In this document: piece after piece, positions 16,893-25,950 of the stretch
Position numbering within the stretch: the stretch's first letter is position 1
How the letters are laid out: the number at the start of each line of letters is the position of its first letter
Assembly: GCA_050257995.1 (NCBI GenBank)
Contig: JBLMXX010000062.1
Span: 1 to 27,968, forward strand
DNA length: 27,968 nucleotides
From: Acidobacteriota bacterium
Lineage (GTDB): Bacteria; Chloroflexota; Anaerolineae; UBA4142
Direction: 5' to 3'
Notes under the pieces: model-generated
Databases searched by the model: none
Seen by the model: the letters and a program-made list of their open reading frames with translations, nothing else
Told to the model about the DNA's origin: nothing
Program-made: the position numbers and the translations under genes

Positions 16893-17897
16893 TCATCCTC
16901 CCATCCAGGCGCGCCGAAGGGGCTCCAATTCGTGCAGTTCAGCCATCCGCCTGACGCCCCCTTTCAGGTTGATATATTCCTCAAAGTTCTTTGTGCCGAA
17001 AATATACCGGTCCAGGAATTTTTCGAGCGTTGCCGGGTCTTTTTCAGCTTCCATCCACTCGGCCAGGTGCGCTTCGTCCGAATAATACTCGTAAGGCATG
17101 TTACCCGGATAGGAGCCGAAGCGTACGTGGCAAACGGCATCGACTAGCCAGTATGGCAAAAGAGTCTTGATCGGCTCTTTCCGAATCTCGTCGGTATCTA
17201 CCAGGTATTCGGCAGTAATGATGACGCGCTTGGAAGCACGCGCCAGATCATAGTCTGCCACTGTGATGCCGTCGATCTGGCAATTGCCATATTGGTCCGC
17301 TCGGTGGACGTGGATAATGCCGACGTCGGGATAGAGCGCGGGGACCGCGAGCAGTCTCATTCCTGTAAATGGGCAGTTGATTTCCTTCGCAGCGCTGTGC
17401 TTTTCGACATCAGTACCGAGGACACTTCGGCAGGGTAGGAAGGGTACACCCATGCCCGCGGCTTTGTAACGCCACGCCAACGTAGCATTCGACCACTCGG
17501 TCACGCGCACCTCTCCGCTCTCCATCACGCGGCGCGCGTTCGGCGACAGCCCGCGCATTTCCAGTCCGACGATGTACGCAATGTCACAGCGATCAAAGCA
17601 GTGTCCGGCCGCGAGAATTTGGAAATCGTGCGTTGCCGTGTGACCGGCTAGACCCAGATGATGGATGCGCTGGCGCACGATTTCATGGAGAATTGCGGTC
17701 GAGATGCGTACTCCGCCAAAGCCCCCGGAGCCAACATAATCGCCGTCGTGGATAAAGGTCCGGACGGCTTCCGACACGCTCATAAGTTTGTTGGTCTTGA
17801 GGCGGGACTTGCTCGCAAAGAAGGCACGCGCACCGTCAACATCCGGGGGAGTGAATAGCTCTCCTTCGGGATTGATCATTTCAACCTGGTCAAGCAT
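16893..17897 (-). CDS. family I CoA-transferase alpha subunit (GctA-like)
   Basis: 'KLMSVSEAVRTFIHDGD', 'PFLPCRSVLGTD', 'PALYPDVGIIHVHRADQYGN', 'VDAVCHVRFGSYP'; GAGGAG RBS; 4 nt gap to the beta subunit. Confidence 0.9.
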   Translation of the reverse strand: MLDQVEMINPEGELFTPPDVDGARAFFASKSRLKTNKLMSVSEAVRTFIHDGDYVGSGGFGGVRISTAILHEIVRQRIHHLGLAGHTATHDFQILAAGHCFDRCDIAYIVGLEMRGLSPNARRVMESGEVRVTEWSNATLAWRYKAAGMGVPFLPCRSVLGTDVEKHSAAKEINCPFTGMRLLAVPALYPDVGIIHVHRADQYGNCQIDGITVADYDLARASKRVIITAEYLVDTDEIRKEPIKTLLPYWLVDAVCHVRFGSYPGNMPYEYYSDEAHLAEWMEAEKDPATLEKFLDRYIFGTKNFEEYINLKGGVRRMAELHELEPLRRAWMGG

Positions 17898-17924
17898 TGG
17901 GCATTCTCCTCTGCGCAGAGTCTG

Positions 17925-17962
17925 AAATAAAAACGCCTCGACGAGTCATCTCGTCCAGGCGT
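17925..17962 (-). terminator. intrinsic terminator inside the 5' leader of the CoA-transferase operon
   Basis: Minus strand ACGCCT-g-GACGAG-atga-CTCGTC-g-AGGCGT followed by TTTTATTT, located between the promoter (18015-18042) and the start codon (17897). Confidence 0.7.
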
Positions 17963-18014
17963 CACATCGCCATTTCCCGGTCTGCAGCGGGAGGCGAAAC
18001 CCGAATTCATATTC

Positions 18015-18042
18015 AGTATACAACCTTGCCCAAAAAAGTCAA
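18015..18042 (-). promoter_or_regulatory. sigma70-type promoter for the CoA-transferase operon
   Basis: TTGACT (18042-18037), 16 nt spacer, TATACT (18020-18015). Confidence 0.65.
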
Positions 18043-18071
18043 ACGGAAAATGTTATTATCGAAGGCATAAT

Positions 18072-18100
18072 TTGTCCTTGTGCTTTGGCTGTGCTAAAAT
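18072..18100 (+). promoter_or_regulatory. sigma70-type promoter for the thiolase gene
   Basis: TTGTCC (18072-18077), 17 nt spacer, extended -10 TG-c-TAAAAT (TAAAAT 18095-18100). Confidence 0.6.
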
Positions 18101-18151
18101 AGCGACATCGCTCAGCTTGATTGGAATCATGACCGGATAAAAGGAGTGACG

Positions 18152-19342
18152 ATGAGCACCGACATTGTTTTGCTGGAAGGCGTACGCACCGGATTTGGCG
18201 CATTCGGCGGCAGTCTCAAGGATTGGAGCGCAACTGATCTTGGTGTGGTGGCGGCGAAGGGCGCATTGGGACGTTCCGGGGTTGATCCGGCGTGGATTGA
18301 CCACTCTGTCTTTGGGAATGTGGTCCAGACCAGCCCGGACGCCATTTACCTCGCGCGTCACATTGGCTTGAAAGCGGGGGTGCCGAAAGATAGACCGGCT
18401 CTGACTCTGAATCGCCTCTGCGGCTCGGGACAAGAAGCCATTGTCACCGGCGCGCGCATGATCCTCGCGGGTGAAGCCGATTTCGTCCTTGCCGGCGGCA
18501 CCGAGTCCATGAGCCAGGCGCCGCACGTGGTTCGGGGCGCGCGGTGGGGAATTGGCTTCGGCGCAAGTGCTCCTTTTGAGGACATGCTGTGGACCGCGTT
18601 ACTCGATTCCTACACTGGGATGCCGATGGCGATTACGGCGGAGAATCTCGCCGAACAATACCACGTCACGCGTGAAGAGCAAGACGGGTTCAGCCTTCTG
18701 GGTCAGCAGCGCGCCAAGGATGCCTGGGACAAGGGGCGAATGCTGGAGGAAATCACGCCGGTGCTCTTAAAGGACCGCAAGGGAAATGTGACCCCGTTCG
18801 CCAAGGACGAGCACATGCGCCCCGAAACGACGCTCGAAACCCTGGCAAAGTTACCGGCGCGCTTTAAAAAAGACGGGACAGTTACGGCCGGCAACGCCTC
18901 CGGTATCGTGGATGGAGCCGCGGCACTCGTGGTCACGACGATGGATCAGGCAAAACAGCGCGGGCTCAAGCCTCTCGGCCGGTTGGTGGCGTGGGGGACC
19001 GCCGGGGTAGACCCGACCATCATGGGCATCGGACCCGCTCCGGCCATCCGCATCGCTCTGAAAAAGGCAGGTCTGACGCTGCGCGATATGGATTTGATTG
19101 AGGTGAACGAGGCGTTTGCGGCACAAGTGCTGGCCGTAGCGAGGGAACTGGAAATCGATATGGAACGTTTTAACGTCAATGGCGGCGCGATCGCCATTGG
19201 GCATCCGCTCGGAGCCACGGGCGCGCGCCTCACCTTGACTGTGTTGTACGAGCTGCGGCGCCGTGGCAAGCGTTATGGTGTGGCTTCCATGTGCATCGGA
19301 GGCGGGCAAGGCATTGCAGCGGTGGTGGAGAGCCTGGCCTAG
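18152..19342 (+). CDS. thiolase (acetyl-CoA C-acyltransferase)
   Basis: Catalytic 'NRLCGSG', 'NEAFA', 'GHPLG' and 'MCIGGG'. AAGGAG RBS at 18141-18146 favours ATG 18152 over GTG 18146. Confidence 0.95.
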   Translation: MSTDIVLLEGVRTGFGAFGGSLKDWSATDLGVVAAKGALGRSGVDPAWIDHSVFGNVVQTSPDAIYLARHIGLKAGVPKDRPALTLNRLCGSGQEAIVTGARMILAGEADFVLAGGTESMSQAPHVVRGARWGIGFGASAPFEDMLWTALLDSYTGMPMAITAENLAEQYHVTREEQDGFSLLGQQRAKDAWDKGRMLEEITPVLLKDRKGNVTPFAKDEHMRPETTLETLAKLPARFKKDGTVTAGNASGIVDGAAALVVTTMDQAKQRGLKPLGRLVAWGTAGVDPTIMGIGPAPAIRIALKKAGLTLRDMDLIEVNEAFAAQVLAVARELEIDMERFNVNGGAIAIGHPLGATGARLTLTVLYELRRRGKRYGVASMCIGGGQGIAAVVESLA

Positions 19343-19370
19343 CTCCAGCGTTGGATGAACCGGAAAATGT

Positions 19371-19410
19371 AGAGGGCATACCGGAATTGCAGGTATGTCC
19401 TCTTTTTCTT
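19371..19410 (+). terminator. intrinsic terminator after thiolase
   Basis: AGAGGGCATACC-ggaattgca-GGTATGTCCTCT followed by TTTTCTT. Confidence 0.75.
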
Positions 19411-19421
19411 CCGAATTCCCG

Positions 19422-21092
19422 CTATCGCGGGATAACGGGCAAAATCAATGCAGATGGGTACCGGGCGCTGTGATAGATTGTCTGGTCGGCGGCAATCATT
19501 CGCGTGCTGGTTCCAAGGTCCTCACCTGTATTTAAGTTGCGGTCGTATTTCGGAAACGCGCTCGACGAAATCTCTAGACCGACGCGGTGCCCTTTGAAGA
19601 AAACCTGGGCTGTGTTCCAGAGGTCGATCGAATATTTGTAGATCTTGCCCGGCTCGATCAATTTAGGTTTGTCCATCCCTTCGCGGAAACGGGCGCGCAC
19701 CATGCTGTCGCACAACCGCTGCACTAATCCGTTTGGATGTACGTCTACCAGCTTCGCCATGAAATCAGTGTCCACGGCGGAAGAGGAAGCATAGAATTCG
19801 ACACGGACCGTTCCGGTAACCTCCGTATCTTGCCCGAGCGGCTCGGTCTTGTATACCAGGACATCGTCGCGCCGTTCCACAGCGGAATAATCATCCGGTC
19901 CCCCGATCTGGTAGGAAGTTGGCTCGGTAATGAAGGGCACCGGCCGCGCGGGATCGTACCGGTACTGATCCGGCTTTTCGTCCCCGGGTACCACGGTCGA
20001 AAGCCTTCCATCGCCGAGACGGCTGTTGGCATTCCCATCACTGTGCAGGTAGAATAATGTCCGTTGTGCGCGTGCCGGCGGCCATTCCGCCTCGTCACGC
20101 CATTTATTCTCTCCCATCACAAAGATTCGAACAGACGATTCCCCATCGCTTTCTTTTCCTTTAAGCCACCGGTCAAACCATTTTCTCTCTGCTTCGCGCA
20201 GGTCGATGATGGCGCCGGGCCCGAAATCCACCTCGCCGAGCTTGGACGCGGCATTGATTGCATGCCCCCAGGGTCCCATTAAAAGTCTTTGGTTGCTGCG
20301 TGCAAACTCGGTGGCACCTCGCATCGTCATCCCGACGAAATTCATCGGCGTGCCAACCTGCTCGTCATCATACCATCCCGAAATATGCATCACCGGCACA
20401 TTGATTTTCTCGAACTGGTTCTGGTAGCATATGGCCTGCCAGTACTCATCCATTCGGGTATGCTTTAGGTCCTCGCGCCAACGGGGAACGATTCGACCCG
20501 CCGCCTCGTCCATCGTCATGAGCGGCAGGTGCTCGTAGATGGGCATCCAATCGATTACTTCGGCGTTCTGCGAAACCCGTCCGCTCGTCATGTGGAACCA
20601 GCAGATGTGCATCGGACCGTCGGTCCCGGTGGGCCATTCCACAAATGGATCAGAGGGTGTCACGAGCGCAATCATCGCGGTGAGATGCGGAGGTTGTTCC
20701 AGTGCGGCGAGCCATTGGATGCGACCCGCGTATGAACCGCCGAGCGTACCGACTTTGCCCGTGCTCCAACTCTGAGCGGCGCACCACTCGATGGCATCGT
20801 AACCATCGCGCCCATCGTTCCGATACGGCACAAATTCGCCGTCCGAATCTCCGCGTCCACGTACATCCATCCACACCACGATGTAACCGTGCTCGACAAA
20901 CTTTTTGAAATCGTCGAGCGTTTTCTTCTGGGCCAGCGCCTTGTTGTACGGCGTGCGTCCAAGGATGACGGGGAATCGCTCGCCACTCTTGGATTCGACC
21001 GGCCGGTAGACGTCTGCGGAGAGTTCAACTCCATCGCGCATCGGCACGCGAACGTTATAATCCGCCCAGACCGCGTGTTTTATCTCATCCAT
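19422..21092 (-). CDS. CocE/NonD family serine hydrolase (peptidase S15-like)
   Basis: 'MRDGVELSADVY', 'RTPYNK', 'DVRGRGDSDG', nucleophile GGSYAG, 'GWYDD', 'GPWGH', C-terminal jelly-roll 'SSSAFPKYDRN'. The start is moved to ATG 21092, with a GGAGG RBS right after the upstream stop. Confidence 0.92.
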   Translation of the reverse strand: MDEIKHAVWADYNVRVPMRDGVELSADVYRPVESKSGERFPVILGRTPYNKALAQKKTLDDFKKFVEHGYIVVWMDVRGRGDSDGEFVPYRNDGRDGYDAIEWCAAQSWSTGKVGTLGGSYAGRIQWLAALEQPPHLTAMIALVTPSDPFVEWPTGTDGPMHICWFHMTSGRVSQNAEVIDWMPIYEHLPLMTMDEAAGRIVPRWREDLKHTRMDEYWQAICYQNQFEKINVPVMHISGWYDDEQVGTPMNFVGMTMRGATEFARSNQRLLMGPWGHAINAASKLGEVDFGPGAIIDLREAERKWFDRWLKGKESDGESSVRIFVMGENKWRDEAEWPPARAQRTLFYLHSDGNANSRLGDGRLSTVVPGDEKPDQYRYDPARPVPFITEPTSYQIGGPDDYSAVERRDDVLVYKTEPLGQDTEVTGTVRVEFYASSSAVDTDFMAKLVDVHPNGLVQRLCDSMVRARFREGMDKPKLIEPGKIYKYSIDLWNTAQVFFKGHRVGLEISSSAFPKYDRNLNTGEDLGTSTRMIAADQTIYHSARYPSALILPVIPR

Positions 21093-21105
21093 TATTTCGC
21101 CTCCA

Positions 21106-22365
21106 TTATCCGAATTCTGCATTCCGAGTAACTCGATCTGCCAGTATGGTATCAACGTTGTACTGGTCTCCGTTGAGTCGCTCGACGCGACAGCCCGCGC
21201 TCTGCAATTGAGCATCCACATTTGATGTGACCGATCGTGCATCACCCATAATGGTCACCATCTGAGCGTTCGCCGCGGCGGTGGGGTCAAAGCCAACCGT
21301 CGGACCGAATCGGGATATATATTTGCGAGCGCTTATCAACATAGAACGAGTGGCATGCGCTGCCGGAGGGCCACAGAGGAGATAGTGGCCGATGATTTTC
21401 GATGAGGGGAGCGACACGAACTGGCGCACAAAGCCCGGGATGGACCGGAGGGTCGTGATCGTTTGCTGGCGCGTGCCGGTGGTCCAACTGTACCAGGCGT
21501 CCGCCTCGGGTCCATAGAATATCCATGGACAGAATGCAAAAAGATAGTCAGGCAGTGGGTCCCCGTTCGGCAGTTTGCCTGTCAGGAAGGATCTGAAGAG
21601 CGCAAGATGATATTGAGCATGCAGGTTATCGTCGATCTTTGGATAGCGCGCGTCCTCGACATTCCCATATTGCCAGCCGCCTTCTCCGGCGACAAAGGGT
21701 GGGACAAATCCAACCTCATTCTCAAAGACCGATGCGAATTCGAGGAATGCCAGCACTGTAATATCGTCGTCCATAACTGTTGTGCCTGGATGGTCCTGCT
21801 GGTTGCGCGCGTCGTAAGGATAATCCGGCGGATGATTGGCTCCGTAGGGATGTGGGCAGAACCACATCCGGTCAAGCACCGCGCTGACGCCTCCGGTCTC
21901 TAGCGTCCGAAGGACGGCGCGCAACTCGTTGGGATCGAGCACCTGCAGCCCGGGATAGCCGCCCGCGGTCGCAACGACTGTCGCATGTTGTATCCATCGC
22001 TGGACGAAAAGGTTGAAATCAGGGGTCCCGGTTTTCCATTCGCGCGAGTCACCCGGTTCATTAAAAATCTGAATATATGGCGGGATATTGAGGGATTTCA
22101 GAATGTTGACGAACCGGGCGAAATCGAGGACGCTCTGGTCGATTTTGCAGATCCACCGTGAAATGGGCAGGATACCTGCGCTCCAGATGGCGGCCGCCGC
22201 CAATTGGAGCTGCAATTCGTCCTGATGCGGGACAAGGCACCATTTTAGTCTTAAGTCCACCATCTTCGGCACATAGGAATCCAACGAGACCTGGCGCAGG
22301 TCCTGCCCAAAGTGAATTCCTAATCCGTTGTCATTCGCGGGACGAGCGTAATCCTGCAGGCGCAT
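21106..22365 (-). CDS. glycoside hydrolase-like (clan GH-A TIM barrel) protein with a C-terminal cell-wall-binding-2-like segment
   Basis: 'QIFNEP' (acid/base-like), 'HPYG' and 'AGEGGW' (nucleophile-like) occur in clan GH-A order. The C-terminal 'VTIMG...LQSAGCRVERLNGDQY' resembles CWB2. No signal peptide visible. Confidence 0.6.
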   Translation of the reverse strand: MRLQDYARPANDNGLGIHFGQDLRQVSLDSYVPKMVDLRLKWCLVPHQDELQLQLAAAAIWSAGILPISRWICKIDQSVLDFARFVNILKSLNIPPYIQIFNEPGDSREWKTGTPDFNLFVQRWIQHATVVATAGGYPGLQVLDPNELRAVLRTLETGGVSAVLDRMWFCPHPYGANHPPDYPYDARNQQDHPGTTVMDDDITVLAFLEFASVFENEVGFVPPFVAGEGGWQYGNVEDARYPKIDDNLHAQYHLALFRSFLTGKLPNGDPLPDYLFAFCPWIFYGPEADAWYSWTTGTRQQTITTLRSIPGFVRQFVSLPSSKIIGHYLLCGPPAAHATRSMLISARKYISRFGPTVGFDPTAAANAQMVTIMGDARSVTSNVDAQLQSAGCRVERLNGDQYNVDTILADRVTRNAEFG

Positions 22366-22391
22366 ACACCCTCCGATTTACAGGTCTCAAT

Positions 22392-25184
22392 CTACCGGAC
22401 GCCGATATTGATATGATCTCCAGCGGGCTGGCCCGCGTCGTCAAAGACCGGGAGGCGCTCACCCGTCCGAGCATCATACAAGCCGATTTCAATCTGCAGG
22501 TTATTGGGGTCAGAGTCAGTCGAAAACGCAATGTCGTACTCGTCTATCAGGTATTCACCTTTCACCCAGCTCGTCGTCGGATATGCCCCGTTACCTGGGA
22601 TCTGGTCCTGCTGTCCAACAATTTGACCATTTGGGTCGACGACGTGTGCAAAAATGGTATACGATGTGGCAGTGCTCGCACTGGCCTTCCAGTAGAGCGC
22701 AATATGAATACTGCGCCGCTCTACCGTAATGTCGTAACCCAACAGATTCGCGACCTCGCCGAAACGAGCGCTCTGCGCGTGTGACGGGGTTGGTGCACCG
22801 AAATAATGCGGGCGTCCCTTCACTTGAATATTTCCGATTATGGCGCCTGGACCGGTGGATTGGTTTTGGAGATTCAGAAGCGTGACGAGAATGTTATAGC
22901 TTCCATCCGGTGTATCGGCGCGCGGGGTGAATGTCTGTGGATCGCGCACGAGTTCGTTTGAGGACCAATGCGAGGAGGGATAGATGCCGTATGCGGGTGG
23001 CGCTTGCGTCGTTGCCCAGATCTTGCCGCGATCATCTTGGAGTTGCACTCCGATGCCGTAATCCGTGGCGAGTTTGCTCCCGGTGCGCCAATACAGTGTG
23101 ACGCCTGCCAGCTCACCGGGACGGATGGGTTTGTCACTTGCCTCGTAACCGAGCAGTTGCACATCATTATTCATGTCCACTGGGTGGCTGTGGGGTACCG
23201 CCGCCAGGTTCGGCAGGGTAGGTGAGTGGACGACAATGTTGGCCAGCGGGACATCGCGGCGATTTGGATCGGCAACCGGACGCAACGGGCTGTCATCGGA
23301 CGAGCGATAAATCGCAAGATTAACCGTGTACTCGCCGGGAGGCGTTCCGGTGGGTATTGCGAGACCGATGCGTTGGACATCGCGCTCTAGACCCCGGTCG
23401 TCTTGCGCCCACACGTTGCCCTTGACATCCGCAAGGCGCAGGCTGACTTTTAGAGATGGGGGCGGACTGTCGCCAGGATCGAACCAGATACGCACGGTTC
23501 CATCCCCGGCCACAAGCGGATCGGTCGCGATACCCCATCGGGCGAAGCCTAGACCGTCGAAGGAAAGTGGGCGACCGTTGGGCGGCGGGTCTTCCGCTCG
23601 CTCAAACAGTTCGAGCCGCGTCGTACCAAACCAGGCGTCCTGGATTGAATAATCGCGGGGTCGTAAATATCCGTCGAGCGAATCTTCGAGCAGGCGACCC
23701 AGCGTTTGCAGCGCAGGCAGCCAGACCCGCGAGGGGGACCCAGGTGCAGAGCGTTGTACAAGTAGGTTATCGACTTCCGATCGCATCTGCGAAGGATTGT
23801 TGATCCAGCGATCACTTGGCGCTTCAATGACCCTCAGTGGGGCGCCAGCATAGTAGGATTCCAGGTATCCGATCTGCCATGGATAGATGGCAAGCAAAAT
23901 ATCCCCAGGTTGGGAGAGTGACTGTAGGTTGGAGATCAAAGGGCGGTAATCGTCGTTCGGATAGCGCGGTACTGTATAGAAATCGTAAAGGGATGTGGCG
24001 CTAATCACGGTCACCGTGAAAAGTGCGAGCGCACCGAAAATTGCACGCCTCTTCCAGAGCAGATCGATCCCGAACGCGGCAAGTACATACAGGGCGGGAG
24101 CGGCGAGCAGGAGTAATCGTTCATTATGGATGGGATGAAAGGGATAGACCAGATTGACGAGAAACCCGAGTGCCAGAGGTATGAGCAGATAGAGAGAGAG
24201 TAGGAGCATGTGGGGGGCAGGCTGACTGGCTGGCGTCCCAGCAGGCGAGTTAGCGGGCAATGTAGCGTGCACAGCAGCACGCAATGAGACGAGGCCGATA
24301 AACGCGAGGGCGACGAGGAGGATACTTGCAGGTAATAGCCATGACCAGTCTGTAACGTGCCCGATGGAGAACGCGACCAGGTGCTGGATCGCATAGGTGA
24401 AAGGATCGAGAGGCGAGTATGCCTCGTGGGTAACTTTCGCCGTTACATAAGTGTAAAGTTTTGGACCTGCGTAGACTACCCACGGCAGATAAAGTGCGCC
24501 GATAGAGACCCATGCCGCCAGCCAGTGGAGCAAGGACCGGGAGGTGCCGCACGTGTGGCGCGGAATCAGGATGAGGATGGCGATGACCTGTGCCGCCAGG
24601 ATGAAAGCGGCATAGTATTGGGTATAGAGCGCGGCGGCGCTAACGACGATGTAGGCTAGTGCGAAGAGGGTGGTCTGAAACGTGCCAGGCGTCAGTGTCA
24701 GAAGACGGACGAACAAGTACATGGAGCCCAGGCAAAGGAGGGTGACCAGACCATACATCCGTACTTCTTGCGAGTAATAGATATGTAGAGGCGACAGCGC
24801 GAGGAGGACCGTTGCGGTAATTGCCACCCGTCTACTGCCGGATAGTTTATGCGTCAGAGCGTACACCAGTGGAATGGCGGCAACCCCAATAACCACTGAG
24901 AGCAGGCGTACTGTGACATCGCTCTTGCCAAAGAGGACCATCCAGGCTTGGAGTACTGCATAGTACAACGGCGGATGGATGTCGACGGCAGTTCGTGCGA
25001 GCATAGTGGCAAAATCACGCGTGGCAAAAAAGAGACTATAGCCCTCATCCCACCAGAGCGGCTGCAGGTTCAAACGGACAACCCGCAGGGCGGCTCCGAT
25101 TAGCACGATGACAATGAGCAAAATCCAATTTCCGAAAGAAAAAGAGCCGAGCACAGGACTCGGCTTTGCCTTGGTGAAAGTCAT
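22392..25184 (-). CDS. GT-C fold glycosyltransferase family 39 (PMT-like) with repeated C-terminal extracellular modules
   Basis: 'WWDEGYS' acidic motif, 'DIHPPLY', 'SQEVRMY', about 11-13 hydrophobic helices, then a long soluble C-terminal region. Confidence 0.88.
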   Translation of the reverse strand: MTFTKAKPSPVLGSFSFGNWILLIVIVLIGAALRVVRLNLQPLWWDEGYSLFFATRDFATMLARTAVDIHPPLYYAVLQAWMVLFGKSDVTVRLLSVVIGVAAIPLVYALTHKLSGSRRVAITATVLLALSPLHIYYSQEVRMYGLVTLLCLGSMYLFVRLLTLTPGTFQTTLFALAYIVVSAAALYTQYYAAFILAAQVIAILILIPRHTCGTSRSLLHWLAAWVSIGALYLPWVVYAGPKLYTYVTAKVTHEAYSPLDPFTYAIQHLVAFSIGHVTDWSWLLPASILLVALAFIGLVSLRAAVHATLPANSPAGTPASQPAPHMLLLSLYLLIPLALGFLVNLVYPFHPIHNERLLLLAAPALYVLAAFGIDLLWKRRAIFGALALFTVTVISATSLYDFYTVPRYPNDDYRPLISNLQSLSQPGDILLAIYPWQIGYLESYYAGAPLRVIEAPSDRWINNPSQMRSEVDNLLVQRSAPGSPSRVWLPALQTLGRLLEDSLDGYLRPRDYSIQDAWFGTTRLELFERAEDPPPNGRPLSFDGLGFARWGIATDPLVAGDGTVRIWFDPGDSPPPSLKVSLRLADVKGNVWAQDDRGLERDVQRIGLAIPTGTPPGEYTVNLAIYRSSDDSPLRPVADPNRRDVPLANIVVHSPTLPNLAAVPHSHPVDMNNDVQLLGYEASDKPIRPGELAGVTLYWRTGSKLATDYGIGVQLQDDRGKIWATTQAPPAYGIYPSSHWSSNELVRDPQTFTPRADTPDGSYNILVTLLNLQNQSTGPGAIIGNIQVKGRPHYFGAPTPSHAQSARFGEVANLLGYDITVERRSIHIALYWKASASTATSYTIFAHVVDPNGQIVGQQDQIPGNGAYPTTSWVKGEYLIDEYDIAFSTDSDPNNLQIEIGLYDARTGERLPVFDDAGQPAGDHINIGVR

Positions 25185-25190
25185 TCCTCG

Positions 25191-25874
25191 CTACCGTGGG
25201 TTGTACTGGAAATAGTAATTGCCGGGTCGTGGGAAATCCGCTCGAAAGTCTGCCGAGAGCGCTGAATGGTCAGTCTTGGACTTGATGATTCTAACAATCA
25301 AAGGAAGCTGACTGCGGAATTCCGTCACATCGATTTCGCCATTGGAACGATACCGGCTTGGGACTTGGCAGTTACCGTCCAGTGTCTCTGTAAAGTCATC
25401 CTGGAGAGAGGGCTCGGAGGCTTTAAGAAATTGTCCATTTGCGGAGAATACACCGATGACATAGCCGCCCAGCCAGGCATTTGAAGAGGCGGGATTGAAT
25501 CGAGCCGTGAGTTTCCAATATGGTGCGGAATCCGGTTGCGGGCAAAAGAATGAATTTGCCATTACGATCGGAAAAGAGGGGCCTGCAGGCGGCGGAGGAG
25601 CAGCGGGCTTGGCGGTTGGCGGACGCGCGACAACGGTCGCGGCGGGGCGCTTGGTCGGAGTAGCGGTAGCCGCCGGCGTATCAGTGGGCCCGGGCGTTGA
25701 CGTATCAGCGGGAGTCGGTGTAAAAGACGGACGTGGCGTAAAGGTCGGACGCGGTGTTCTGGACGGCGTAGATGTTGGATTCCCCAGGGCAACCAGGTTT
25801 CCGGCATCGCATGCCAGCAAGGCAAGCACGACCAGGGCAAAGCCCAGAAGAAGAACCACGCGATTCTTACTCAC
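25191..25874 (-). CDS. Pro/Thr-rich lipoprotein, hypothetical
   Basis: GTG 25874 with an AAGGAG RBS gives 'MSKNRVVLLLGFALVVLALLA-C' (lipobox). A long PT linker (PTSTPSRTPRPTFTPRPSFTPTP...) and a ~125 aa globular C-terminal domain with two Cys follow. The track ORF extends to 26042 but overlaps the next gene. Confidence 0.8.
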   Translation of the reverse strand: MSKNRVVLLLGFALVVLALLACDAGNLVALGNPTSTPSRTPRPTFTPRPSFTPTPADTSTPGPTDTPAATATPTKRPAATVVARPPTAKPAAPPPPAGPSFPIVMANSFFCPQPDSAPYWKLTARFNPASSNAWLGGYVIGVFSANGQFLKASEPSLQDDFTETLDGNCQVPSRYRSNGEIDVTEFRSQLPLIVRIIKSKTDHSALSADFRADFPRPGNYYFQYNPR

Positions 25875-25950
25875 ACTGTACTCCTTGGCAGAGATCAATT
25901 GCATTATATGATGGACCCTGAATCTACGCAAATTTCGGGGACGGAAGGGA

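Noticed and set aside
17909-17918. CTCTGCGCAG shared with T-box Stem I (6762-6771), suggesting a degenerate T-box before the CoA-transferase
   Set aside because: It lies downstream of the terminator, there is no UGGNACC bulge, and a single 10-mer match is expected by chance.
17945-17975. GGCGATG...CGCC...GATGACTC resembles the fluoride (crcB) riboswitch
   Set aside because: The P1 loop lacks the segment needed for the pseudoknot, the spacing is too short, and no fluoride-related gene follows.
17876-18010. 44 aa ORF (MNSGFASRCRPG...) spanning the CoA-transferase leader as a possible leader peptide
   Set aside because: It has no RBS and no run of regulatory codons, its ATG lies at or before the predicted +1, and it reads through the terminator.
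22158-22784. 208 aa plus-strand ORF, and similar long antisense or alternate-frame ORFs (e.g. 2329-2805, 8885-9445, 10311-10835, 18056-18526, 25495-25911)
   Set aside because: Each lies over well-supported genes and shows no domain motifs; such shadows are expected at this GC content.
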